A stretch of DNA of 64,000 nucleotides from Octopus vulgaris. Its lineage: Eukaryota. The stretch is taken from positions 43,648,001-43,712,000 of the forward strand of contig OX597816.1 of NCBI GenBank assembly GCA_951406725.2, given 5' to 3'. Below the pieces are notes generated by a model, which was given only the letters and a program-made list of their open reading frames with translations, had not been told where the DNA came from and made no database searches. The translations under genes were made by a program, and so were the position numbers. Every line of letters begins with the position of its first letter. Within the stretch, counting starts at the first letter, position 1. This document shows, in pieces, positions 1 to 13,619 of this stretch.

Positions 1-290
1 ATTAAGAAGTTTGCTTCCCAACCACGTTTCCGGGTTTATATATATATATATATGCACACACACACACACGAGTGTGTGTGCGCGCGTGTTTATCTCTTGT
101 TATTTATTATTATGCTTTCTATTTTTACTGTTCCACATACAGATTGTGTCTGTAAAGTTCGCGTTATACGGATCCTTCATGGCTTGAAAATTCTAGCATC
201 TCTAGACTATAGTTGAGATATTTACTCTCAAAACCATGACTCTCAATAGAAGACATACACACATAAATATATGTATACACACACATACAA

Positions 291-334
<44 letters not shown>

Positions 335-335
335 G

Positions 336-679
336 AAGGCGCGTGGCTCTGTGGTTAGAGCGTCGAGCTTACGATCGTGAGGTTGTGAGCTCGAATCCCG
401 GACCGGGCTGCGTGTTGTGTTCTTGAGCAAGACACTTTATTTCACGTTGCTTCAGTTCACTCAGCTGTAGAAGTGAATTGCGACGTCACAGGTACCAAGC
501 TGTATCGGCCCTTGCCTTTCCCTTGGACAACACTGGTGGCGTGGAGGGGGGAGGCCGATGTGCATGGGCGACTGCTGGTCTTCCATAAAAAAAAACAACA
601 ACCTTGCCCAGACTTGTGCCTCAGAGGGTGACTCACTAGGTGCAAACCCATGGTCAGTGTCTGACCGAAGGGGGTCACC
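336..679 (+). mobile_element. tRNA-derived SINE, family C (CORE/Meta-like central block)
   Basis: Pol III A box (TGGCTCTGTGG) and B box (GCTCGAATCCC), then GTGTTCTTGAGCAAGACACTT, which resembles the start of the CORE domain. A near-identical copy lies at 59056-59390. Confidence 0.85.
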
Positions 680-689
680 AGAGATATAT

Positions 690-807
690 ATGACAGGGCT
701 CTTTCAGCTCCCGTCTACCAAATCAATTCACAAGGCTTTGGTGCCGCGTGCTAGGACTGAACCCGGAAACGTGGTTGGGAAGCGAACTTCTTAACACACA
801 GCACCTC
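690..807 (-). mobile_element. SINE family A, 5' half with internal deletion
   Basis: Reverse complement of the family A head (CAGCTCCCGTCTACCAAATC...GGACTGAACCCGG). Confidence 0.7.
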
Positions 808-1759
808 ATGCAAAGAATTTTTTCTCATACTAATCTGTGTTATATAGTTATACAGGTGGAGAGACCCCCATCATTGTCCATGTCTATTTTCAATAAATCG
901 CAAATGTTCCACTATGAGTTTTGTATTTGCTGAATCTTTGAAATATGAGGTGAATACATGTTTGAACTTATTTCGCTAAACTATGTTTGTGTACCCAAAT
1001 CAACCCCATGTTCTTTGTGAAAACAAATATATACACATCATGCATACGTACATAAATACATACAGCACATAAATATATACTCATACATACAAGCACATAT
1101 ACATATATACATTGCATTACAGTACAGAACGTACATGCTTACGTAGTTATATAAAGACACAAATATATTTATTTATATTCATATGACCGGAGAAAATTGT
1201 ATGTATGTATGTGTGTGTCAACACCTATATATACATGTATACATAGAGTTTGTGACCTGTTAATACTCTGTGCTTTCTGCTTTAATGAAGTGAACACACG
1301 GCTCTCGTGAAGGATATTGTCCATATATATTTTTTAATGTATTGTTGGTATTGATGTAGTATATATGTTCAATTAGAATTTATTATCATAAAGTAGAATG
1401 TACAGCGACAGAGGATTAAAAAATAAAAATAAAAGTTTGCAGCGAGTGATTTATAAAGGTTATTGATACTAGGAAACCAGAGATATTGAATCTGCATATA
1501 TGGAGATATAGCAATAAGCTGGAATAAACAAACATATATATTGAAATATTTCGAACAGGGAATAAGAGATCACATAAGCAATGGAGAATAGATAATGAAT
1601 GAGTAATGTATATAAAGGACATGAGCAGAGGGGAAAAGCAAGAAAAACATGTCATTCAGATGAGGAAAGAAGATGGCAAGAGACGGGTTGAAATTTTAAA
1701 AAAAAAGCAGAGCAACAAAGAAGAATGAGAAAGTTCTCACTCTCATGAATGTGTACATG

Positions 1760-1809
<50 letters not shown>

Positions 1810-1950
1810 TATATATGAGTGCGTTTGTTGGGAGAGAGAGCAATGTGTACGATACACTTGTGTGGTCAAAGTAGGGACATATCGAGATTGATGCACGATG
1901 ATAATGAATGATAGATGGTGGAGATATGTAAAAACGGATGATAAATACAT

Positions 1951-1989
<39 letters not shown>

Positions 1990-2719
1990 AGCAAGCAAGC
2001 ACACACTAATATTAAAATGAAGTAAAAGCGTAGAATTAAAAAAAAAGAGAAGAATAAGTGCTAGAGCATGGATACTAGTAAAAGATAAAAAGAACTGTTT
2101 CAGAAGAGAGGGAATAATGATGATAATAATAATAATTATTATTATCATAATGATAATAATAATAATAACAAAACATAGGCAGGAGAATCACAAAGACCGA
2201 AAAGAAAAGTAATGTGTAGGGAAGGCCTTATTTATGTATGTGGAGATTAATAAGTTTAATAATCATTAACAAACTCCTTTTTCAAAATGATACAAATTAC
2301 ACTAATGATTGATGCATTGCCAAAGTCACTATCATGGACAACAAATATTTCCTTCTTAATGATTCTTTCTAAATAGTTCGGCTTTTGATATTGTTTATCT
2401 GCAGTTCCTCTGCTTCTTTCTCGCGTTTTATTCTTATCTACAGTCTCTCTCTCCTCCTTACCTTCTTACAATCTCAATTATTTTCTTAGAAATTGAGTAT
2501 TTTTCCTCTTTTCTTTTCTTTTTCTTTTCTTTTTTTTTTTTTTTTTTGCTTGTTTATTCCCTGTCCAGCATTTCTTACCTTTAGTTTGAATATTCGTATA
2601 TTCCATTAGAAATTGGTTTCGTTCCTTTCTTCTACTACTCATTTTTCTAGCGTCTGCATATATGTGCTACTCCAATTATGAGATGAGAGTCTACAATACG
2701 AGCTTCCAGAATAATCTCT

Positions 2720-2766
<47 letters not shown>

Positions 2767-2829
2767 GTTCTGCATGTGTACGTGTGTGTTTATATATGTA
2801 TACATATGCATCTATATATGTATATGTAT

Positions 2830-2892
<63 letters not shown>

Positions 2893-2960
2893 ATTTCAAG
2901 TATACCTGAAGAAACACCACTTGATCCATTTTCTTTATGTGCACACACAAGCATACACAT

Positions 2961-3033
<73 letters not shown>

Positions 3034-3602
3034 ATACATAGCTGAGGCTTCAAATATTTAATTTAATAACCATATGCATCGAGGACATCTGTCTTCACTG
3101 ACTCCGTATCAGCGCGCTTCAGGTAGCATAAAGCTAATTGCTGTTCGGTAAAAATATTCAAGTAGCGCCATTTCGCTGTTCACTTAATCATCAATAAAAC
3201 AGAGGACATCTCTTATTGGGTGCTCGATTGCAAAATTAAAGTGCTGCTGCTGCTGCTGCTGCTGTTGCTATTGTAGACGCTGCTGCTTCTGTTGAACGTA
3301 GCTGTGCGAGATATATTCTCTCATGCAACAGTATCTACGCCATTAACGTTTCAGTTTCTCCGACGCCATCGCTGATACAACGCTGTAATTTTGATCATTG
3401 ACATGATAATGATGGTGTTCATAATGGTAACTCTCGTCATCCTTTTCCTCCTCTTCCTCCTCGTCATCCTTTTCCTCTTCCTCCTCATCCTCTTCTTTCT
3501 CCTGGTCCTCGTCCTCCTCCTTCTACCCCTCCCCTTCCTCCCCCTTCTTACATCCCCCTCATCATCACCATAATCATCGCGGCCGTCATCATCATCATTA
3601 TC

Positions 3603-3837
3603 TGTTTCTTTATTACCCACAAGGGGCTAAACACAGAGGGGACAGACAAACAAGGACAGACAAACGGATTAAGTCGATTACATCGGCCCCCAGTGCGTGA
3701 CTGGTACTTAATTTATCGACCCCCCAAAGGATGAAAGGCAAAGTCGACCTCGGCGGAATTTGAACTCAGAACGTAGCGGCAGACGAAATACCGCAGAGCA
3801 TTTCGCCCGGCGTGCTAATGTTTCTGCCAGCTCGCCG
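3603..3837 (-). mobile_element. SINE family B, full length, tail type 1
   Basis: On the minus strand: GGCGAGCTGGCAGAAAC...GAGTTCAAATTCCGCCGAGGTCGACTTTGCCTTTCATCC...TTTAGCCCCTTGTGGGTAATAAAAG. Flanked by a duplicated GTCATCATC(ATC)ATTATC. Confidence 0.9.
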
Positions 3838-3877
3838 TCATCATCATTATCGTCAGCCTCATCACAATGATAATGAA

Positions 3878-4197
3878 AGTGCGTGGCTTACTGGTTAGTT
3901 AGTCGGCTCACGATCGTAAGATTGTGAGTTCGATTCCTGGCAACACATTGTGTCCTTGAGCATGAAACTTCATTTCACGTTGCGTCAGTCTACTCAGCTG
4001 GCAAGCATTAACTGAAATTGTCGTTTAAAGAGCGAGCATTGTCACATTTTCCGTTATGCTGAATCTCCCTGAGAACTACATTAAGGGTACGCAAGGCTGT
4101 GGCGTGCTTAGTAATCTTGCACGCTAATTTCACAAGGTGACCTTTCCGTTGATCGGATCGACTGGGACCACTCGTCGTCCAAACCGACAGAGTCCCA
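3878..4197 (+). mobile_element. Diverged family C-related SINE with a different 3' tail
   Basis: tRNA head (TGGCTTACTGGTTAG...GAGTTCGATTCC) and TGTGTCCTTGAGCA...TTTCACGTTGC shared with 336-679; the 3' half differs. Confidence 0.75.
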
Positions 4198-4602
4198 GTT
4201 TTAATCTCGATGAAGATGATGAAAGACATAAACATTTTCACCTCCTACCCCCTCCTATCATCGTTATCTCTCCCCCCCCGTATTGTTTTTTTCTCATTTA
4301 CTTACACTTTATATATATTTTCATATTGTCATCTATCAGAGATATTTAATTGCTTCGTATATTCATGTTCATATAATTAAAGATCAATTACCTTCTACCT
4401 TCGATGATTTTCAGACAACTTGCATTTTTTCCTTTTTATTGCATGTTACACACCAGAATTAAATCAAGCGCGTGTTCTTGATGGTGATTTTGAAAATGTT
4501 AACATGTCCATTTGACAGGATCAAAATAACTATTCTCCTTTCGTATACTTCGCTAGATATTATTAGAGAATAGCAAAAGACTTCGAGGAAAGAACTGCTG
4601 GT

Positions 4603-4945
4603 TTTATTCTTTTACTAGTTTCAGTCCTATGAGTGCGGCCATACTGCAGCGCTACCCTTTAGTTAAACAAATCGGCGCCAGGACTTCATTTTCAAGCCTG
4701 GTACTTATTCTATCGGTCTTTCTACCTGAACCGCTAAGTTATTGGGACGTAAATACACCAACACCGTTTCTAGTGGTGATGAAGAGGACAAACTTAGACA
4801 CAAACACACACACACACACACACACATATACAACGGGTTTCTTTCAGTTTGGTCGGTCCGAGGCTATAGTAGAAGATACCCAGTGAGACTGAACGAAGAA
4901 CCATATGATTGGGTAGCAAGCTTCTTACCACACATCCACACCTGT
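4603..4945 (-). mobile_element. SINE family A, diverged
   Basis: GTACTTATTCTATCGGTCT...GAACCGCTAAGTT...CCGAGGCTATAGTAGAAGA match the other family A copies. Confidence 0.8.
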
Positions 4946-5733
4946 AAATAACATTTTAACAATAAAATTTTGTATGGACCCCCAACGTCCTTATGAACCC
5001 CAATTGAGAAAGCTTGGTTTAAATGAATATTTTCCTTCAACTCCTTCGCTCTTTCTTAAAATAGTGACCTCTACTTTACCTCTAGCTGTCCACGCACTTT
5101 AACTTTCGCTCCATGTCACCGTAACCTAGCATCTCTTCCTGTTTTTGTCTCTTTTCGCTTCAATCTGTCATTAAGTTTCTCTCTCCTAATAGTGTCTGTC
5201 TACATATACAGCCATACTTTTACTGTACGTGATGTAACTGTTGCTACGAATCGCTCTTATATAGAATACAGAAAAGGATATAGAATTCTCCTGTTTTTCC
5301 ACTTCCCCCGTCATCTCGAATCTGAATAAGGATTCACCTCCAAAAAGTCGAAAAATTTAGTCTACACAAGAATATTTCTTCCTCGAGTTACGTTCTCTTG
5401 CAAAATGTAATTATTGCTGGCGGTGACTATTAACAGTTACATCGGATTTTATTTTATATTCTATGTCTTTATCTCTTACCTCTCTTCCCCCTCTCTCTCT
5501 ATTCCTTTCTCGCTATATGTCTATCTGTCTTTGTTAATGATGTCGCATATATATATATGTGTTAGTGTCTGTGTGCCGGTGTACGTGTTTGTGTGTGTAA
5601 CTATGTATGTGCGTGTGTGCGGATGTATAGGCATGTTCGTATACGTATATACAGATGTACATATACTCGTACACATACACATACTGTTGTTCACATACAA
5701 GAAAACTTGTAGGCATGCATTCACACATACACA

Positions 5734-5790
<57 letters not shown>

Positions 5791-5849
5791 GTATGTATGC
5801 ATGCACATACGTACATGAAAATACACACGCGTGCGCACTCACAAACAGA

Positions 5850-5909
<60 letters not shown>

Positions 5910-6951
5910 CAGAATTATCTGTTTTGAGATGTCGAGTATGGTGCGAGATACTGGAGGCTAGGGTTTATATGTAAATCCGATGTTAGAAGCAGGTGGCTAT
6001 GTAAGTTAGGGAAAGGAAGTGCATATCCGTCAGAATACAAGAATGAATAGTGACGAAAAAATATTAAAAATAAAATAAGTATTTGAAGAATGAAAGTAAG
6101 AAAGAAAGAAATACAAAGGAAGATTGATTTTCCTGTTGACAGATGAATACCTAAATGCTTGAACTTATGGTGACGCTAATGAGTTGATTTAAAGATGTAT
6201 ATAAATATAAAAAAAATGAAAATGAAAAAAAATGTCTGAAAAGTTAAGGACAGTAATAGGAATCAGAATAGGAAAAAAATATAAATGGAAGTATGATATA
6301 AAGTAGATTGCAAGGAATAGGACACACATCATAACGAAGGAATGTTGAAGGAGAAATCTGAAGGGTTTTTGAAATCGAAAGTGTTGACAAGAGAGAAAAA
6401 AAATATGGGATTGTGAAAGAGGAAGAAAAAAAATTCTGATGTGCAGTGTTAAGAGTTTGTGCAATGTTAAGCATGAAGGCAACTCAGACCCTTTCTGAGG
6501 AAATATGTGTTTCACTTATTTTTTTTTATTTTATCGCTTTTCAGATTTTTTGCTAGCTGCTAGCTAAACTTTCATTCCAAACAATAGCGTTAAAGGAGCC
6601 AGACAAATATAGAAACATGACAATGTCGTTGAGAGATCGCGGGAGACGTGGCGCTGAATTAGAGTTTGAATTGATGTTAGGGAAGATAAAAGTCATATAC
6701 TTTCATGACACTATTGTATCATGATTTATAAGCACTGTCGGCGTAATATTTACATATGCAGTGTCCTATCACTTCTAGGTTTTTAATTAGAAACTGGCCA
6801 GAAATATGCAAGCGGCGTTGAAAGCACTTTTGTGACAGAAGTCTTGAAGGGGGACATATTATGGTTGCTACTTGCTGAATAAATAAAATTACATCAGAAC
6901 GTACGTTTGGTTGTTTATCCGTCTTTCTTTTGCCTTTATTTCCATTTCTGT

Positions 6952-7105
6952 GTGTGACTGTGTGATAAGAACTTTAGGTCTCAACTACATTATTGCAGGT
7001 TCAGTCCTACTGCGTGGCATCTTACACAAGAGTCTTCCGCTACAGCATTAGGTCATCTAAAGCATTGTGAGCGGATTTGTAGACGGAAACGGGAAGAAGC
7101 CCGTC

Positions 7106-7174
<69 letters not shown>

Positions 7175-7564
7175 CCATAGATGGAATTTAAAAATTCAAT
7201 CCATGGATTATTATTATTGTTAAGGCGGTAAGCTGGTCAAAATGCTTAGCGGTATTTCGCCCGATACTATGTTCTGAGTTCAAATTCCGACGAGGTTGGC
7301 TTAGACTTTCATCCTTTCGGGGTCGATAGATTAAGTACCAGTGAAACACTGGGGACGATGTAATTCACGTCTCTGCTCCCATTAAAAAGGGCTGTCCTGG
7401 TGGCAAAATTGCAAACCATTTGTACAACCCCATCAAATTGCTATTGCCAGTTGATATCATTAGGCTGTAGTCTGCGTAATAAAATAGAAACTTTTATATG
7501 TATATTCAAAACGTTTCCGTGAGCGAACAGAAGCGATATATATATGTGTGTGAGAATGTATGTG

Positions 7565-7604
<40 letters not shown>

Positions 7605-7778
7605 CTGTGATTGTCCCCCACCACCGCTTGAATGTCACTGTTGGTGTGTTAACGTCCCCGTAATTTAGTGATTCGGGAAAAGTGACAGATTGAACAAATT
7701 GTACTAGGTTGATTCATTCGTCTAAAATTCTGCTGCTCCAGCTTGGCCGAAGTCTAATGACTGAAGCTAGTAAAAGAT
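6952..7778 (+). mobile_element. SINE family A split by ~450 bp inserted at its internal microsatellite
   Basis: The 5' half ends at GAAGAAGCCCGTCGTATATA (~7108) and the 3' half resumes after (TG)n at ~7600 (TTGTCCCCCA...TGACTGAAGCTAGTAAAAGA). A family B SINE lies between them. Confidence 0.75.
7222..7420 (+). mobile_element. SINE family B, tail type 2-like
   Basis: AAGGCGGTAAGCTGG...GTTCTGAGTTCAAATTCCGACGAGG...TTTCATCCTTTCGGGGTCGATAGATTAAGTACCAG. Confidence 0.85.
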
Positions 7779-8439
7779 ATATGCGCTTACAGTAGTACGC
7801 ATCAAAGACGGAGTTTGACTTGGCAATAAATTATCCAAATATAAAACTTACTATAAAAAAAAAAGCTTGGGTGTGAAAGACAACATTCGAAAAGACCCAT
7901 ATATCCAACCATTGCATTAAAATGTTTTTTAAAATATTTTATTACTAAATTTAAGATTATTGAGATTCCTTTCCTGAAGAAATATGCGTTTTAATCTCTA
8001 ACTCTGTGTATATTTCAGCTGCTAAGTAAACTTCCGTTGTAAGCAATAGTGTTAAAGGTGTAGAAACTTGACAATGTCGTTCAGAGTTCCTGGCAAACAT
8101 GACTCTGCGTTAGGACTGCAGATGATTTTAAGGGAGGACTATGATTTATAAGCAATGTCGGTGTCACATTTACAAATGCAGCATCCTAAATTATTGCCGA
8201 GGTTTACAGCTGCTCTATACGCATTGCGATGGCAGTGCGTATGCATCTTGCTTCGACGACGCCATCTTTAGTTGCGTTTTCCGAATTGTACAATCGACTA
8301 TAGTAGCCAATAGTGTTTGGAAGTAGAAAGCAATATGTTAGATTATGGCGTATAAGGGACTGGTCTGATATGGTCCAGAATTATGGTTACAGTTGCATTT
8401 AGGGAGTTTTACGTCAGTTTGCTATTTAATGTTATCATA

Positions 8440-8842
8440 GGCGCAGGAGTGGCTGTGTGGTAAGTAGCTTGCTAAACAACCACATGGTTCCGGGTTTAGT
8501 CCCACTGCGTGGCATCTTCGGCAAGTGTCTTCTGCTATAGCCCCGGGCCGACCAAAGCCTTGTGAGTGGATTTGGTAGACGGAAACTGAAAGAAGCCTGT
8601 CGTATATATGTATATATATGTATGTGTGTGTGTTTGTGTGTCTGTGTTTGTCCCCCTAGCATTGCTTGACAACCGATGCTGGTGTGTTTACGTCCCAGTC
8701 ACTTAGTGGTTCGGCAAAAGAGACTGATAGAATAAGTACTGGGCTTACAAAGAATAAGTCCCGGGGTCGATTTGCTCGACTAAAGGCGGTGCTCCAGCAT
8801 GGCCGCATTCAAATGACTGAAACAAGTAAAAGAGTAAGAGAG
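8440..8842 (+). mobile_element. SINE family A, full length (tRNA head, internal (TA)n(TG)n, GTAAAAGA tail)
   Basis: A box TGGCTGTGTGG, B-box-like GGGTTTAGTCCC, 3' end ATGACTGAAACAAGTAAAAGAGTAAGAG. Many near-identical copies occur in the window. Confidence 0.92.
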
Positions 8843-9152
8843 TATAGGAGAATAGAATATATAAGTATTTTCATCAACATATTTGTGAATTTCGAACTCT
8901 AAATTCCAAAATTATCAACTATTGTTTGTATATATGTTTATGTGCATAGTTCTGCATGTACTTATGGTAGGATGGAGAGTCGACAAAAAAAAAAACGAAC
9001 GGATATATAAAGAAGCAAAACGGATATCATGTTCCGGGTTAAATATTCCTGATTGATTCACATATTTGTGTGTACGTGTCTGTTTTTACATAAGTATGTA
9101 TGCATGTATGTATGTATTCATCTATGTGTGTTTATATGTATGAAGTAGTATA

Positions 9153-9402
9153 TCAATATCTATAAAGCTGAAATGCGAAAAAGTTGTTTGGTTTCTTGGT
9201 TATTTGTCTCATTTTGGGATGGGAACGGTAGATGGGGTCGGATTGGCACCAGAATTTACGCTGGGGGAGTGGGGGAATGGTGTGGGCAATGATGTGAGGA
9301 GGGTAAAATAGGGTGAGCAATGGTGTGAGGAGTCGCTCGGGGCTACCGTTTGGTTGCCATCACCACCAAAACCCGAGCGAAGCACAGGTCAAAATGGCTA
9401 AG
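9153..9402 (+). mobile_element. Non-autonomous Helitron, decayed
   Basis: 5' a|TCAATATCTATAAAGC start; 3' decayed GC-rich hairpin (ACCCGAGCGAAGCACAGGT) followed by GGCTAAG, a CTAG-like terminus. Confidence 0.55.
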
Positions 9403-10524
9403 ATATTTATAATGTTTTAAATGTATGCATATGTATATAACATAAGCGTTCGTGTATATTTAAAATTGTTTTACTGTTTTATAAATTGCAATAGATGATA
9501 TCTTTTTAGGACACATCAATATTTATATTTTGTAAAATATTCATTAAAAAATGAAAGCGTATCACCTGAGAAGTAAGAGCGATAATATCAATGAGTTGGT
9601 GCGATAAAGTTTAGTTAGTCCGTTAGGATCGTAATATTGATTCATTCAACATTGATATTCTGTATTGATTGGATAGTATCTATTTTCTGTTAAGCTTCGT
9701 TATATGTTAGAAAGGTGCTAAATGAAAGTGAGGGAAGGAGAGCGAGAAAGAGAGAGAAGTGTGGTGACAGAGAGAGAGAGAGATAGTCATAAATATTCGG
9801 TGAGAGAGAGAGAAGAAAAGCAAGTTGAATATAAAATAGAAAGAAAATGGTTAGAGAGAAAGTGAGAGAGAGAGGGGGGGAGAGAAAAGGAAAAACATAA
9901 AATACAAAGAAATTCATTGATTCATTGGAGCTAAATAAATAAATAAATAGATAAATACACAAAAGAGCAAAAGCACCAATATATACACGATTCACAACCG
10001 GTCTCACTGGATATAACAACAATGACAAATCAATCAAACAACCGCTAAAGCCACGAATATTCTCCTTCAACACCACCGTCATCATCATCACCAACGACAC
10101 GAACAGTACGGTCAGAAACTTCAACAGAATCATTAACCACCCTTTTTACAACAACTCCAAACAAAGGTAAGAATCGTCAATAACATCGATACTCTAGCTG
10201 CATGTATAACTAACATCAACAAGAACAACTGCCGGAAACAAGGAAGCAAATAAAACAACCGAAATAGAATACTTAATGTAAGTATGTAAGGAGTTCAGAT
10301 CTTTAACAGTCAAGATAGTGTTCATGAATGATTTCAATTATGCACCACAGTAAACCTTACATAAATAAATATTGATAAAAATCTCTTGATATGCTCAAGT
10401 TCTGTCGTATTTTTCTTTTTCTTTGAAATTCAGTTAGTAGTTTGCTGTGTGCATTTCTGATAATGCTCTTATCGCTACGATGGCCGGCAATAATCCTTTA
10501 TGCCTGGAATTTTCCCTAGAAAAG

Positions 10525-10698
10525 GGTTAGTAAACTACGTCGAACCCAGTGTTCAATTGATACATATAGCGTCGACCTCTAAAGGGATGAAAGACAAAAT
10601 CGACCTCGGCAGAATTTAAACTGCGAACCTAGAGCTGGAAAAAAAAATGCTGCTGTGCGTTTTCTCTAGCGAGCTTAACTATTACGTTAGGTCACCGT
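10525..10698 (-). mobile_element. SINE family B, diverged
   Basis: GTCGACCTCTAAAGGGATGAAAGACAAAATCGACCTCGGCAGAATTT matches the family B body. Confidence 0.7.
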
Positions 10699-10816
10699 TA
10701 TATTTGACGGCAAGTACTTTCTAGCATTCTAAGTCATCTCAGTTACTCTACGTTCTACTGAGTTCCACTCACCCTCTCTTACACTCGTCACTCATTGCAT
10801 ACACACATACACGCAC

Positions 10817-11075
10817 ATCGAAACGCGGAGTAGATGAAACCGTGGCGACTGAAGAAGGGGAATTTTCCTTTTGTTATTTGTCCTGTACTCTATTTTTTTC
10901 GTTGTTTAAGAAAAATGTCCAGTTCCTTGGTTTTGTGTTTATGTTTTCGTTTTCATTGTGTTCGACGTTTTCTTAGTGTCCTGTACCCATATATGCATGT
11001 ATATATACATGTAGATGTAGGTACGTACATATATGTATGTATATATGCATATGTTTTATTTATTAATTTGTTATT
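10817..11075 (+). repeat. Short interspersed repeat (possible Penelope-like terminus); partial inverted copy at 43010-43165
   Basis: CGAAAC...GAAAC...CTGAAGAAGGGGAA...TGTAC and ATATATACATGTAGATGTAGGT...ATATGTATGTAT...TTTATT are shared with the reverse complement of 43010-43165. Confidence 0.6.
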
Positions 11076-11114
11076 ACACGACAGAACGCACGCATCCATT
11101 TCAAAGTAAGTTTG

Positions 11115-11157
<43 letters not shown>

Positions 11158-11508
11158 TAGGTGGTGCTATTAAGTTAGATATGGCCTGGGCCAATCTTTG
11201 GTTGAAACATATCTAAGTTAAGTACACACACACACATACACACACATCTGGAGTACATCCTTATTGATCTGCCTGAGCATTTCAAAGGCGCGTGTACTTT
11301 TAATGTAATTCAGAAGCATCATAGCATAGTATAGAACAGAGCTGTTATTTGGAATTATGCGATGGGCTTCCATACAGTTTCCATCTACCTGCTCTCATTT
11401 ACACATCTACCTGAGACCATAGAAAATGATACTAATTATACTTTTCCAACATGCCACGCACTATGGTCGAACTGGGAACGTCTTAATCATTCGTCTATTT
11501 TACACTTA

Positions 11509-11554
<46 letters not shown>

Positions 11555-11722
11555 TCTATCTATCTATCTATTGATCGATCTATCTGAGTCTTTATCTATG
11601 TATATATATATATATATATGTGTGTGTTTGTGTGTGCATGGTTGTACGCTATGCGGCAGTGCTCATTGACCCTGCGTATCAAAAACATGTAAACGCATAC
11701 ACACACATACACACACACACAA

Positions 11723-11754
<32 letters not shown>

Positions 11755-12478
11755 TACTATAATAAGCATTCACATGAACATCATGCATGCAAGATATATA
11801 TATATGTGCATATATCCATCAAGTAATATACTTACATACGATGCTTTGACTACATCAATGTTATAACACAACACAATATACAATAAATGAATAAAATAAC
11901 TTTTGCTAATGTTAAGAAGTCAGTAAGTTCTAATAACGATAATTGATCAGATGTAACACAGATGTACCACATTACTTACTATCTATGATATCTTTCCGTT
12001 TCTTCATTTGCGTTTGATAATATATTTAATATTTCTATTCAGTTAGGATTTCTTTTGTTTTTTGTGTCACTGTGGAGTTTGTCATATCTTCATTCTCATC
12101 TCATATGAAAGGTAAATTCGAAGAGTTTGTCTTTGGTTTATGCTTTTATTTGTTGTTGTTGTTGTTATTATTTTTTTCGTTTAGCTGTTCCAAGAAAACG
12201 CCATAGATGTAATTGACAATAAGTCAGTATAATTCGTTTTGACGTGCAAAACAGACACGTCTATTTCCTGTCAGTATTTCAAAATCAACGGCATCGCAGT
12301 GTCAACATAGCATGAATGTCTTTATATAAATAAATGTAAAAAATATGTTAGAGTTTTTTACACACACACACACGCAGGCACAAACATACACACATACTGT
12401 GTTTGAATATGTGTGCATTTGCATATAATTATTCTTGTTTGCTGTAAAAACGTCTATGCGTGCTTGTATGTGTGTGTG

Positions 12479-12520
<42 letters not shown>

Positions 12521-13619
12521 CACTAAGTATGTTACCATCGGCTTAATCGACTCGAAGGCACTACTTTTAGTGTTTTTCTCTGAAGACATGATAATAATTG
12601 AGATATTGGAACACAGTGTAAAGGAATGTAAATTGATACTTTATATCCCCTAATGCGGTGCACTATAAATTCTGGTTAGCCACCAATTTTATACATGGAA
12701 TAAATATTAATAAAATTATATCACTTGGTATCACATAAATCAAATCACCATTGATTTTCAATGTATCAAGTTTTCATAATTATTGCATTAACATTTAGTT
12801 GATTTTATAGACGTGTTTATATGTATGTATGTATGTATGTATAAAGATGATAATACAACGTACATATATATATTTATATATGCACTCATAATCATAGGCT
12901 TCCATACTTAGACATTAGTAAAATCGGAGACAGACGCATACAAACACAGAGACTTACATACACGTAATCATAAAATTAAGAGGTATAACAGGTGAATTCA
13001 AATTCATTTCCATATGATGTTCATGTGATTACGGATGTTTCTTAATTTTTTCTATTTTTCCAATACTTTTAATTATATGCGTACTGTGAAATATACTTGA
13101 TTCGTTGACTCTTTTCCACTTTATTTTCTACACATACATACGCGCGCGCACGCACGCATGCGCGCGCATATTAACAACGGGAATGAAGTGAACACTTCCT
13201 TTCATTGCATAAATTTACAACTGCTCCATTGATATGAAATAAAAGACATTGGAGCAAATGGATTTTATACATAAGACTGACGAGTCGATATTTTACCGCT
13301 ATTAGTATAATACCGATGTAATGTATTGTGTTACACATATCTAAGAATGTATCAATACTCTTCGGATAAAATATCGATGAAATAACTGCAAAAATTATTT
13401 AATAAAACGAATTATTCTCTTCATTTTTCTTCATAACATTCATATAAATTCTTCGGATATCTATTGATTTTCAGGTATATCATCAGTAGAAGAATTCATT
13501 TCTGCTTGATAGTTGTATTGTATCTGATAACCACTACCCTCGGATGGGCCTAAAAGAGTATACTTCTAAGTGAAACCCAAACGGAATTGATAAATACACA
13601 CATATAATGTATGTATGTA

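Noticed and set aside
338-412. tRNA-like sequences (also 52339-52410 and 59056-59120)
   Set aside because: These are SINE heads: they run into SINE bodies, lack a proper acceptor stem and terminator, and one has a TSD.
3240-3600. Acidic or basic low-complexity frames (poly-E/D, poly-R/K, poly-Q/A)
   Set aside because: Imperfect (CCT)n, (CAT)n and (GCT)n repeats with in-frame stops and no convincing splice context.
8435-8902. Recurring ORFs such as MLGGQT...RLPNPLTRLWSARGYSRR and MTTDAGVF...LQHGRSQMTETSKR that look like a gene family
   Set aside because: They are chance translations of SINE family A copies (also 14104-14763, 26293-27056, 30898-31494, 54319-54561).
9960-10170. Open frame ending near an AAG|GTAAGA donor
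   Set aside because: Low-complexity A/C-rich sequence, no acceptor and no recognisable protein.
10848-10870. CTGAAGA as a fourth hammerhead core
   Set aside because: No helix II followed by GAAA downstream, so the fold cannot be built.
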